A DNA stretch of 64,000 bases from Macrostomum lignano. Its lineage: Eukaryota. Numbering within the stretch: the first letter of the stretch is position 1; every line of letters starts with the position of its first letter. Location of the stretch: contig NIVC01002655.1 in the NCBI GenBank assembly GCA_002269645.1, positions 62,001-126,000 of the forward strand. The letters are read 5' to 3'. The notes under the pieces were generated by a model. The model saw only the letters and a program-made list of their open reading frames with translations, was not told the DNA's origin and ran no database searches. The position numbers and the translations under genes are program-made. Positions 1 to 11,468 of the stretch are shown here, piece after piece.

Positions 1-2817
1 ACATGTAGAATAAGAAGGGATTGGGTCCAGATAAGTCTTTCCAATGTACATGTATATACAAGGACAAACACTGACAAGAAAAATGGCTTTAAACCATTGT
101 TATTGTTACACTGTGTGTGTCTATTTTTATTAACTTGACTTTGTCTTTGACTTGTCTTTACTCTTTAGCAAATTAGCATGGTCAAGGATAATTACTGTTA
201 CTTCATACCAAATGTACAATTAATTGCATAAGATTAAGAAGGAATAATACAATCAAAGTCGAACCCATGATCACTTGACCCACCCGGCACCCACCCATCA
301 CTTCTGATTCTGGCTGGCCTAGCTACATGTATCTGCTATATATCCTGCCAGTTTCTCCAGTTTTATGGGTCTTGGGGACTCTTGGTGATTCGAGCAATTC
401 CATTACATTTTATCGATACTTTGCACAACTGCAGTGCATCTATTAATGCTTAGCTACTTGTATTTATGTTGTAGAACTTATGCCCGTAGTTTCCCTTCTA
501 GGGATGTCGACCCCGGGGCTGGGAGTGCTCCCGGGGAGCTTTTTGGGGAATACTCCCCGGGGAATTGGACCGGGGACCATGGGGAGAAAAAAATATTTAA
601 AAATGCATTTGTAACTTAATTTTTGCCATTAAAATAAGAAAATGAATCACAGAAAGCTGATTGAAACTTTGTCTATATGCTCTTTTACCGCATAACTGCT
701 TATTTCAATGTATTACATGTATTTCAAACAACACACGTTTGATTGTTTTTTCACTATTAGTCATTCAATCAAGCAAATTGCATGTAGAAAGAAACCCGTC
801 AGGAAAAAGAAGCCTTACTACTGTGTTGGTCTGCGTTGACGGCTTGACGCATAGCCGCATAGGGGGGGTGTCATACATATACTCCCTATTAGACAAGGAC
901 AAAATGGTGATTTACATATATCTGCAAGAAATAAAAATTCCAATTATAAAAACAGTCTCATTCATTAATTATCCTCTTACAAGCGTAGCTGTTGAGCATG
1001 CATTCCGACAAATGCACCTTTCCGACACGATTTTGTGATGCCACATTGTCAAATACAGTTTTAAAAAACATTGTTTAAAGTTTTTACCCTTGAACGCCTT
1101 GAATATGCCACTTACAATCCAAGTTATCCGCCATTTTTACTTATTTTTTTCTTTTCACCAGGGTTCCCGATAAGATAATTTCCTGGGAAATCGACATCCC
1201 CATTCCCTTCCCATAAATCATTTGACGTTAGAGGCATTTTACAACTCTCGCCTTACTTTATCTATTAGGTTAACTTTTATGTATGACACGACACAAAATA
1301 TTAGGAGCATCAGCGTTAATAATGCCTTGGAAGTCCTTAAATATTCGATACAACACTAGGCATTATAAAATTCCAACCCCAAAGCTCACTGGGGCGAAAA
1401 GACTTTGTCTTCATTAACTAGTATATATTAATATAACAAATAAATTTGTTTTTTTATAGTATAAACTTATAGTTTTATATAAATTTATAGTGTAAGGGGT
1501 CATTTTTTCTGGCATACTGTGTAATAGATTTGAGAGTATGGGAACTAGCCTGCAAGCCAAAGTTTGCTAACCCCTGGCCTAGGCCATAGTTAATATTATG
1601 TCCACTGTATGCTAGAACATTTTTTGGACAAAATGTGTATTGTGCACTAGAAAAAAGTTTTATCATAATGCCAAAATTTAGTCAATTTTGTTAAGAACTA
1701 TGTAGGACCTAAGCCAAAATTTGTTTAAATATTATTTTTGTAATATAGCTAAATTTTTCTAACAATATTAAAAAATTATATGAAAAAAAAATGTAAAGAA
1801 TAAAATATTTCAAAATTAAAAAATGTTATGTTTTATTTAGATTATTTTTAAAATATTTAAAGTGTAGTTTCAAATATAGTTAGATAGATTTCTAAAAAAA
1901 TAATATTTTATCTTTTTATATAAATTGATATGCTATATTTTAAACATTGCATAGCCTGCATTATGCCATGTTGCTACATTGCACCTATGTTATCTATTAG
2001 GTTCACTAAGCTATTGACCTGAGAAGGTTTCTATGCATTGGAATTTTCTTGGCAAAAATGTCATCTTGGGAGTAGGGCCTAAGGATATTAGTGAGGGTCC
2101 TATAACTTGCCACTATGCTTTCATTGGGATATTAACAAACTATATTATTATTTTTTTATAAAAATGGCTGTTAAAAAACTGGCACCTATAAAAATAGTTG
2201 CTTTTATATTTTAAAATTGAAAAAAAAATTAAGTTTGAATATAAAAAAGTAAGTAGAAAATGCAAAGCAAAAATAATTTTTTTTAATTTTTAACCAATTT
2301 TTTCTAGTAGATATACTTGAAATATTAACAACTTCTAATTGTTTTTATTTTTTAACAGATTAGCTTTGTCATCCCTAGTTAGGAAATAACTTTTAGTAAT
2401 TTATGTTTGCTTTAAAGGGAAAAAAGAATTAAAGGCATTGGTAGTAGCAAAAATAGCTAAAAACATTTTTATATGATCCCTAGGCATTTTATGCCTAAGG
2501 CTAGCTTTTAAGCATATATTGTTTAGTACCATTATATTAAAATGATAGCCTCAATAATAACAATATATACATTGTCCTGAGTGCAGTTCCACTTAGACTA
2601 GGCTTTATTAAAATTAGAAGATCAAAAACATGATATGAACTCTAGTGAGATTTTGATAGTTATAGTTTTACTACTAGCAATCTTCGCCCCCCGTTGGGGG
2701 ACATCTGTATAGAATCTCTGCTCTCTACAAGTAACAAAAAGACAGCCAAATAAAGCCTTCACAAAGACAACAGACAAACTGCTCAAATAAAGTGTAATGC
2801 AAAAAGAAATCATCCCA

Positions 2818-2926
2818 AGACAGCAAGCATCCCCCAGATAGCAAGCATCCCCCAAATAGCAAGCATCCCCCAGATAGCAAGCATCCCCCAGATAGCAAGC
2901 ATCCCCAAATAGTAAGCATCCACCAG
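2818..2926. repeat. 18-bp tandem repeat (GCAAGCATCCCCCAGATA), about 6 copies
   Basis: Read directly; explains the GDACYL-repeat ORF at 2622-2930. Confidence 0.9.
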
Positions 2927-3020
2927 ACAATAAGTAGCTAGTGCCACAATTTCCTTAGCTCTATAGTGGCTCCTTTAAAATTGGCATGACGCTTACTTTT
3001 ACGTTTGAAATTGTGTATCT

Positions 3021-5863
3021 TTTATGTTTGACATGGTGGCTCTTTTATGTTTGACATGGTGGCTCTTTTATGTTTGACATAGTGGCTCTTTAGTGTTTGA
3101 CATGATGGCTCTTTAATGTTCGAAATGGTGGCTCTTTTATGTTTGACATGGTGGCTCTTTTAGGTTTGACATGGTAGCTCTTAAATGTTTGACATGGTAG
3201 CTCTTAAATGTTTGACATGGTGGCTCTTTATTGTTTGACACGGCGGCTCTCTAATGTTTGACAAAGTGGCTATTTAATGTTCGAAATGGTGGCTCTTTAA
3301 AGTTTGACATAAAGTCACATATATGTTTGAGATGGTGGCTCTTAAATGTTTGACATGGTGGCTCTTAAATGTTTGACATGGTGGCTCTTTTATGTTCGCC
3401 ATGGTGGCTCTTTAATATTCTACATGGTGGCTCTTTTATGTTCGACATGGTGGCTTTTTAATGTTTGACATGGTGGCTCTTTTATGTTTGACATGGTGGC
3501 TCTTTACTGTTTGAAATGGTGGCTCTTTAATGTTCTACATGGTAACTCTTTTATGTTTAATACGGTGGCTTTTTAATGTCTGACATGGTGGCTCTTTTAT
3601 GTTTGACATGGTGGCTCTTTAATGTTCTTCATGGTGGCTCTTTAATATTCTACATGGTGGCTCTTTTATGTTCGACATGGTGGCTTTTTAATGTTTGACA
3701 TGGTGGCTCTTTTATGTTTGACATGGTGGCTCTTTACTGTTTGAAATGGTGGCTCTTTAATGTTCTACATGGTAACTCTTTTATGTTTGATACGGTGGCT
3801 TTTTAATGTCTGACATGGTGGCTCTTTAATGTTAGACATGGTGGCTCTTTAATGTTCTTCATGGTGGCTCTTTAATATTCTACATGGTGGCTCTTTTATG
3901 TTCGACATGGTGGCTCTATAATGTTAGACATAGTGGCTCTTTAATGTTCGACATGGTGGCTCTATAATGTTAGACATGGTGGCTCTTTATGTTCGACATG
4001 GTGGCTCTTTAATGTTTGACATTGAGGCTCTTTAATGTTTGACATGGTGGCTCTTTTATGTTGGACATGGTGGTTCTTTTATGTTCGACATGGTGGCTCT
4101 TTTATGTTTGACATGGTGGCTCTTTACTGTTTGACCTGGATTCACATATATGTTTGACATGGTGGCTCTTTTATGTTTGACATGGTGGCTTTTTTATGTT
4201 TTACATGGTGGCTCTTTAATGTTAGACATGGTGGCTCTTTAATATTCGACATGGTGGCTCTTTAATGTTAGACATAGTGGCTCTTTAATGTTCGACATGG
4301 TGGCTCTTTAATGTTAGACATGGTGGCTCTTTAATATTCGACATGGTAGCTCTTTAATATTCGACATGGTGGCTCTTTAATGTTTGACATTGAGGCTCTT
4401 TAATGTTTGACCTGGATTCACATATATGTTTGACATGGTGGCTCTTTTATGTTTGACATGGTGGCTCTTTTATGTTTGACATGGTGGCTCTTTAATGTTA
4501 GACATAGTGGCTCTTTAATGTTCGACATGGTGGCTCTTTAATGTTAGACATGGTGGCTCTTTAATATTCGACATGGTGGCTCTTTAATGTTAGACATAGT
4601 GGCTCTTTAATGTTCGACATGGTGGCTCTATAATGTTAGACATGGTGGCTCTTTAATATTCGACATGGTGGCTCTTTAATGTTTGACATTGAGGCTCTTT
4701 AATGTTTGACATGGTGGCTCTTTTATGTTGGACATGGTGGTTCTTTTATGTTCGACATGGTGGCTCTTTTATGTTTGACATGGTGGCTCTTTACTGTTTG
4801 ACCTGGATTCACATATATGTTTGACATGGTGGCTCTTTTATGTTTGACATGGTGGCTTTTTTATGTTTTACATGGTGGCTCTTTAATGTTAGACATGGTG
4901 GCTCTTTAATATTCGACATGGTGGCTCTTTAATGTTAGACATAGTGGCTCTTTAATGTTCGACATGGTGGCTCTTTAATGTTAGACATGGTGGCTCTTTA
5001 ATATTCGACATGGTAGCTCTTTAATGTTAGACATAGTGGCTCTTTAATGTTCGACATGGTGGCTCTATAATGTTAGACATGGTGGCTCTTTAATATTCGA
5101 CATGGTGGCTCTTTAATGTTTGACATTGAGGCTCTTTAATGTTTGACATGGTGGCTCTTTTATGTTGGACATGGTGGTTCTTTTATGTTCGACATAGTGG
5201 CTCTTTTATGTTTGACATGGTGGCTCTTTACTGTTTGACCTGGATTCACATATATGTTTGACATGGTGGCTCTTTTATGTTTGACATGGTGGCTTTTTTA
5301 TGTTTTACATGGTGGCTCTTTAATGTTAGACATGGTGGCTCTTTAATATTCGACATGGTGGCTCTTTAATGTTAGACATAGTGGCTCTTTAATGTTCGAC
5401 ATGGTGGCTCTTTAATGTTAGACATGGTGGCTCTTTAATATTCGACATGGTAGCTCTTTAATGTTAGACATAGTGGCTCTTTAATGTTCGACATGGTGGC
5501 TCTATAATGTTAGACATGGTGGCTCTTTAATATTCGACATGGTGGCTCTTTAATGTTTGACATTGAGGCTCTTTAATGTTTGACATGGTGGCTCTTTTAT
5601 GTTGGACATGGTGGTTCTTTTATGTTCGACATGGTGGCTCTTTTATGTTTGACATGGTGGCTCTTTACTGTTTGACCTGGATTCACATATATGTTTGACA
5701 TGGTGGCTCTTTTATGTTTGACATGGTGGCTTTTTTATGTTTTACATGGTGGCTCTTTAATGTTAGACATGGTGGCTCTTTAATGGTCGACATGATGGCT
5801 CTTTAATGTTCGACATGGTGGCTCTTTAATGTTTGACATGGTGGCTCTTTAATGTTTGACATT
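3021..5863. repeat. 23-bp satellite array 1 (GACATGGTGGCTCTTTAATGTTT) with higher-order structure
   Basis: Over 120 tandem units; variant landmark CCTGGATTCACATATAT recurs at 4135, 4411, 4802, 5239, 5676, all multiples of 23 apart. Confidence 0.97.
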
Positions 5864-6425
5864 GTGCTTTTTTGTGTTTAGCATTTGTGTTTTTAAGGTT
5901 TTTGAATAAAAAAATCTTTTTGCACTACTAAGATTCGAACCCAGGTCGCTGCATTAGCAGTCCAGTCTGTTCGCATCTATGCTATCTCTTGTCAATTGGA
6001 ATACGTGAATTGTGGCCCTTATAATTAAATTCTTATAGCAAATCGGTTAGAGTAAAAAGTTATGACATAATCAATTTCTCAGTCAGCCAGTATCAGTGTC
6101 AATTTAAGTTAGCAATATTGTTACGCAACTTAAATCAAGTTTTGTGTGCATTTGTTCGGCACTGTTTTCAACTGGTTGTGATGTAATCTTTATCACAATT
6201 GGAATTCAGTCAGTCAGTTTTTTCTCTAGCATTCTTACAATGCATTTCAGGTCGAAAGAGCTGCTTGACCTTTGCAAAAAAGCATGTTTTTCGAATATTT
6301 AATCCCTTTAATATTGAGCAATTTCTTAGCCAAGATGCATGTACCGTCCCAGGAAAATTTCTGATCGAATGGTGCAAGTTTGAAGAAAATCGGTTGAGCC
6401 ATTTTTTCTGAAATCTATCGCATTC
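5864..6425. repeat. Copy 1 of a ~560-bp non-satellite segment duplicated at 9882-10443 (offset 4018 bp)
   Basis: Identical 70-aa ORFs at 6199 and 10217; I saw one substitution (GCAACTTAAATC vs GCAATTTAAATC). Confidence 0.95.
5922..5986 (-). pseudogene. tRNA-derived (SINE-head-like) fragment
   Basis: Minus strand reads ...GGACTGCTAATGCAGCGACCTGGGTTCGAATCTTAG: B-box GGTTCGAATC and an anticodon-arm-like GACTGCTAAT; no complete cloverleaf. Confidence 0.55.
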
Positions 6426-9400
6426 GACATGGTGGCTCTTTAATGTTTGACATTGAGGCTCTTTAATGTTTGACATGGTGGCTCTTTTATGTTGGACATG
6501 GTGGTTCTTTTATGTTCGACATGGTGGCTCTTTTATGTTTGACATGGTGGCTCTTTACTGTTTGACCTGGATTCACATATATGTTTGACATGGTGGCTCT
6601 TTTATGTTTGACATGGTGGCTTTTTTATGTTTTACATGGTGGCTCTTTAATGTTAGACATGGTGGCTCTTTAATATTCGACATGGTGGCTCTTTAATGTT
6701 AGACATAGTGGCTCTTTAATGTTCGACATGGTGGCTCTTTAATGTTAGACATGGTGGCTCTTTAATATTCGACATGGTAGCTCTTTAATATTCGACATGG
6801 TGGCTCTTTAATGTTTGACATTGAGGCTCTTTAATGTTTGACCTGGATTCACATATATGTTTGACATGGTGGCTCTTTTATGTTTGACATGGTGGCTCTT
6901 TTATGTTTGACATGGTGGCTCTTTAATGTTAGACATAGTGGCTCTTTAATGTTCGACATGGTGGCTCTTTAATGTTAGACATGGTGGCTCTTTAATATTC
7001 GACATGGTGGCTCTTTAATGTTAGACATAGTGGCTCTTTAATGTTCGACATGGTGGCTCTATAATGTTAGACATGGTGGCTCTTTAATATTCGACATGGT
7101 GGCTCTTTAATGTTTGACATTGAGGCTCTTTAATGTTTGACATGGTGGCTCTTTTATGTTGGACATGGTGGTTCTTTTATGTTCGACATGGTGGCTCTTT
7201 TATGTTTGACATGGTGGCTCTTTACTGTTTGACCTGGATTCACATATATGTTTGACATGGTGGCTCTTTTATGTTTGACATGGTGGCTTTTTTATGTTTT
7301 ACATGGTGGCTCTTTAATGTTAGACATGGTGGCTCTTTAATATTCGACATGGTGGCTCTTTAATGTTAGACATAGTGGCTCTTTAATGTTCGACATGGTG
7401 GCTCTTTAATGTTAGACATGGTGGCTCTTTAATATTCGACATGGTAGCTCTTTAATGTTAGACATAGTGGCTCTTTAATGTTCGACATGGTGGCTCTATA
7501 ATGTTAGACATGGTGGCTCTTTAATATTCGACATGGTGGCTCTTTAATGTTTGACATTGAGGCTCTTTAATGTTTGACATGGTGGCTCTTTTATGTTGGA
7601 CATGGTGGTTCTTTTATGTTCGACATGGTGGCTCTTTTATGTTTGACATGGTGGCTCTTTACTGTTTGACATGGAGTCACATATATGTTTGACATGGTGG
7701 CTCTTTTATGTTAGACATGGTGGCTCTTTAATGTTAGACACGGTGGCTCTTTTATGTTCGACATGGTGGCTCTTTAATGTTCGACATGGTGGCTGTTTAA
7801 TGTTAGACATGATGGCTCTTTAATGTTTGACATTGCGGCTCTTTAATGTTTGACATGGTGGCTCTTTTATGTTGGACATGGTGGTTCTTTTATGTTCTAC
7901 ATGGTGGCTCTTTTATGCTTGACATGGTGGCTCTTTAACGTTTGACATGATGGCTCTTTTATGTTCGACATGGTGGCTCTTTTATGCTTGACATGGTGGC
8001 TCTTTACTGTTTGACATGGAGTCACATATATGTTTGACATGGTGGCTCTTTTATGTTTGACAAGGTGGCTCTTTAATGTTTTACGAGGTGGCTCTTTAAT
8101 GTTCTTCATGGTAGCTCTTTTATGTTAGACATGATGGCTTTTTAATTTTCGACATGGTAGCACTTTAATGTTAGACATGGTGGCTCTTAAATGTTTGACG
8201 TGGTGGCTCTTTTATGTTCGACATGGTGGCTCTTTAATGTTCGACATGGTGGCTTTTTAATGTTAGACATGGTGGCTCTTTAATGTTAGACATGGTGGCT
8301 CTTTAATATTCGACATGGTGGCTCTTTAATGTTAGACATGGTGGCTCTTTAATATTCGACATGGTGGCTCTATAATGTTAGACATAGTGGCTCTTTAATG
8401 TTCGACATGGTGGCTCTATAATGTTAGACATGGTGGCTCTTTAATATTCGACATGGTGGCTCTTTAATGTTTGACATTGAGGCTCTTTAATGTTTGACAT
8501 GGTGGCTCTTTTATGTTGGACATGGTGGTTCTTTTATGTTCGACATGGTGGCTCTTTTATGTTTGACATGGTGGCTCTTTACTGTTTGACCTGGATTCAC
8601 ATATATGTTTGACATGGTGGCTCTTTTATGTTTGACATGGTGGCTTTTTTATGTTTTACATGGTGGCTCTTTAATGTTAGACATGGTGGCTCTTTAATAT
8701 TCGACATGGTGGCTCTTTAATGTTAGACATAGTGGCTCTTTAATGTTCGACATGGTGGCTCTTTAATGTTAGACATGGTGGCTCTTTAATATTCGACATG
8801 GTAGCTCTTTAATATTCGACATGGTGGCTCTTTAATGTTTGACATTGAGGCTCTTTAATGTTTGACCTGGATTCACATATATGTTTGACATGGTGGCTCT
8901 TTTATGTTTGACATGGTGGCTCTTTTATGTTTGACATGGTGGCTCTTTAATGTTAGACATAGTGGCTCTTTAATGTTCGACATGGTGGCTCTTTAATGTT
9001 AGACATGGTGGCTCTTTAATATTCGACATGGTGGCTCTTTAATGTTAGACATAGTGGCTCTTTAATGTTCGACATGGTGGCTCTATAATGTTAGACATGG
9101 TGGCTCTTTAATATTCGACATGGTGGCTCTTTAATGTTTGACATTGAGGCTCTTTAATGTTTGACATGGTGGCTCTTTTATGTTGGACATGGTGGTTCTT
9201 TTATGTTCGACATGGTGGCTCTTTTATGTTTGACATGGTGGCTCTTTACTGTTTGACCTGGATTCACATATATGTTTGACATGGTGGCTCTTTTATGTTT
9301 GACATGGTGGCTTTTTTATGTTTTACATGGTGGCTCTTTAATGTTAGACATGGTGGCTCTTTAATATTCGACATGGTGGCTCTTTAATGTTAGACATAGT

Positions 9401-9881
9401 GGCTCTTTAATGTTCGACATGGTGGCTCTTTAATGTTAGACATGGTGGCTCTTTAATATTCGACATGGTAGCTCTATAATGTTAGACATGGTGGCTCTTT
9501 AATATTCGACATGGTGGCTCTTTAATGTTTGACATTGAGGCTCTTTAATGTTTGACATGGTGGCTCTTTTATGTTGGACATGGTGGTTCTTTTATGTTCG
9601 ACATGGTGGCTCTTTTATGTTTGACATGGTGGCTCTTTACTGTTTGACCTGGATTCACATATATGTTTGACATGGTGGCTCTTTTATGTTTGACATGGTG
9701 GCTTTTTTATGTTTTACATGGTGGCTCTTTAATGTTAGACATGGTGGCTCTTTAATGTTCGACATGGTGGCTCTTTAATGTTCGACATGGTGGCTCTTTA
9801 ATGGTCGACATGATGGCTCTTTAATGTTCGACATGGTGGCTCTTTAATGTTTGACATGGTGGCTCTTTAATGTTTGACATT
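6424..9881. repeat. 23-bp satellite array 2, same unit and higher-order blocks
   Basis: Landmarks at 6566, 6842, 7233, 7670, 8015, 8590, 8866, 9257, 9648; spacings 276/391/437/345/575 bp, all multiples of 23. Confidence 0.97.
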
Positions 9882-10443
9882 GTGCTTTTTTGTGTTTAGC
9901 ATTTGTGTTTTTAAGGTTTTTGAATAAAAAAATCTTTTTGCACTACTAAGATTCGAACCCAGGTCGCTGCATTAGCAGTCCAGTCTGTTCGCATCTATGC
10001 TATCTCTTGTCAATTGGAATACGTGAATTGTGGCCCTTATAATTAAATTCTTATAGCAAATCGGTTAGAGTAAAAAGTTATGACATAATCAATTTCTCAG
10101 TCAGCCAGTATCAGTGTCAATTTAAGTTAGCAATATTGTTACGCAATTTAAATCAAGTTTTGTGTGCATTTGTTCGGCACTGTTTTCAACTGGTTGTGAT
10201 GTAATCTTTATCACAATTGGAATTCAGTCAGTCAGTTTTTTCTCTAGCATTCTTACAATGCATTTCAGGTCGAAAGAGCTGCTTGACCTTTGCAAAAAAG
10301 CATGTTTTTCGAATATTTAATCCCTTTAATATTGAGCAATTTCTTAGCCAAGATGCATGTACCGTCCCAGGAAAATTTCTGATCGAATGGTGCAAGTTTG
10401 AAGAAAATCGGTTGAGCCATTTTTTCTGAAATCTATCGCATAC
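9882..10443. repeat. Copy 2 of the ~560-bp duplicated segment
   Basis: Near-identical to 5864-6425; this copy continues into (TACC)n and the putative element end. Confidence 0.95.
9940..10004 (-). pseudogene. Second copy of the tRNA-derived fragment
   Basis: Same sequence as 5922-5986, inside the duplicated segment. Confidence 0.55.
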
Positions 10444-10884
10444 CTACCTACCTACCTACCCACAGACAACTCATTTTTAGTATATAGGATTTTTTTGATT
10501 TGATAAATCTCATTTGCCTAAGTAAAAAGACACCTTACTTTGATAATTGGTTAAGTAAGAAAAATTATAAAACTTTTGGTGTTTTAAAATTTTCTACATT
10601 TTGCCTATTAGGCATTATGATCGCATTTGCACAAAAACTTTTACTTAGTATGCTTAGTAAAAAATATGTTAACCTTGTTATCTATAAATAGCATTGGAAA
10701 ACAAAATTGGCTTGAATTTATAATGCTATATTTACTAAGAAATAAAACTAATTTAACTATTTGGCAAATATAGATTAAGTAAAGTATGGAGATTTATAAC
10801 AGCACTATATAAAGTATTTGTAATTCAAAATACAAGTCTTGCCAATTGTTAATGCCTTTAGCAAAATCATTGCTATATTTCCCA

Positions 10885-11460
10885 GTCTTGAATAGCCATC
10901 TGAACCCTTCAATAACCCAGTCTGCATGAACCCTTCCCCAACCTCTGACACTTGAATAGCCCAGTCTGAACCCCTCCCAAACCTCTGACACTTGAGTAGC
11001 CCAGTCTGAACCCCTTCCCAACCTCTGACACTTGAGTAGCCCAGTCTGAACCCCTTCCCAACCTCTGACACTTGAGTAGCCCAGTCTGAACCCCTCCCCA
11101 ACCCCTGACACTTGAGTAGCCCAGTCTGAACCCCTCCCAAACCTCTGACACTTGAATAGCCCAGTCTGAACCCCTTCCCAACCTCTGACACTTGAGTAGC
11201 CCAGTCTGAACCCCTCCCCAACCCCTGACACTTGAGTAGCCCAGTCTGAACCCCTCCCCAACCTCTGACACTTGAATAGCCCAGTCTGAACCCCTCCACA
11301 ACCTCTGACACTTGAGTAGCCCAGTCTGAACCCCTCCACAACCTCTGACACTTAAATAGCCCAGTCTGAACCCCTCCCCAACCTCTGACGCTTGAATAGC
11401 CCAGTCTGAACCCCTCCCCAACCTCTGACGCTTGAATAACCCAGTCTGAACCTCCCAACC
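10885..11460. repeat. 40-bp minisatellite (CCAGTCTGAACCCCTCCCCAACCTCTGACACTTGAGTAGC), about 14 copies, abutting the first visible GH35 exon
   Basis: Read directly; accounts for the three overlapping minus-strand ORFs at 10794-11559. Confidence 0.95.
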
Positions 11461-11468
11461 TGAACCAG

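Larger units (their letters stand above)
2990..10490 (+). mobile_element. Probable non-autonomous Helentron/DINE-1/Lep1-like element with expanded internal satellite (left boundary uncertain)
   Basis: Right end reads CAAGTTTGAAGAAAATCGGTTGAGCC...(TACC)n...ACTCATTTTTAGTATATAGGAT followed by a T-run. This layout (conserved block, tetranucleotide microsatellite, TATAGGAT-like end, T-rich target) resembles rolling-circle non-autonomous elements, from recall. No Rep/Hel ORF. Confidence 0.4.

Noticed and set aside
1385-1422. Possible Helitron 3' end (AAGAC-TTT-GTCTT hairpin, then CTAG|T)
   Set aside because: Hairpin is too short and no matching 5' end or second copy is visible.
434-1666. Short ORFs in the AT-rich left end
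   Set aside because: No motifs, splice context or coding-like composition.
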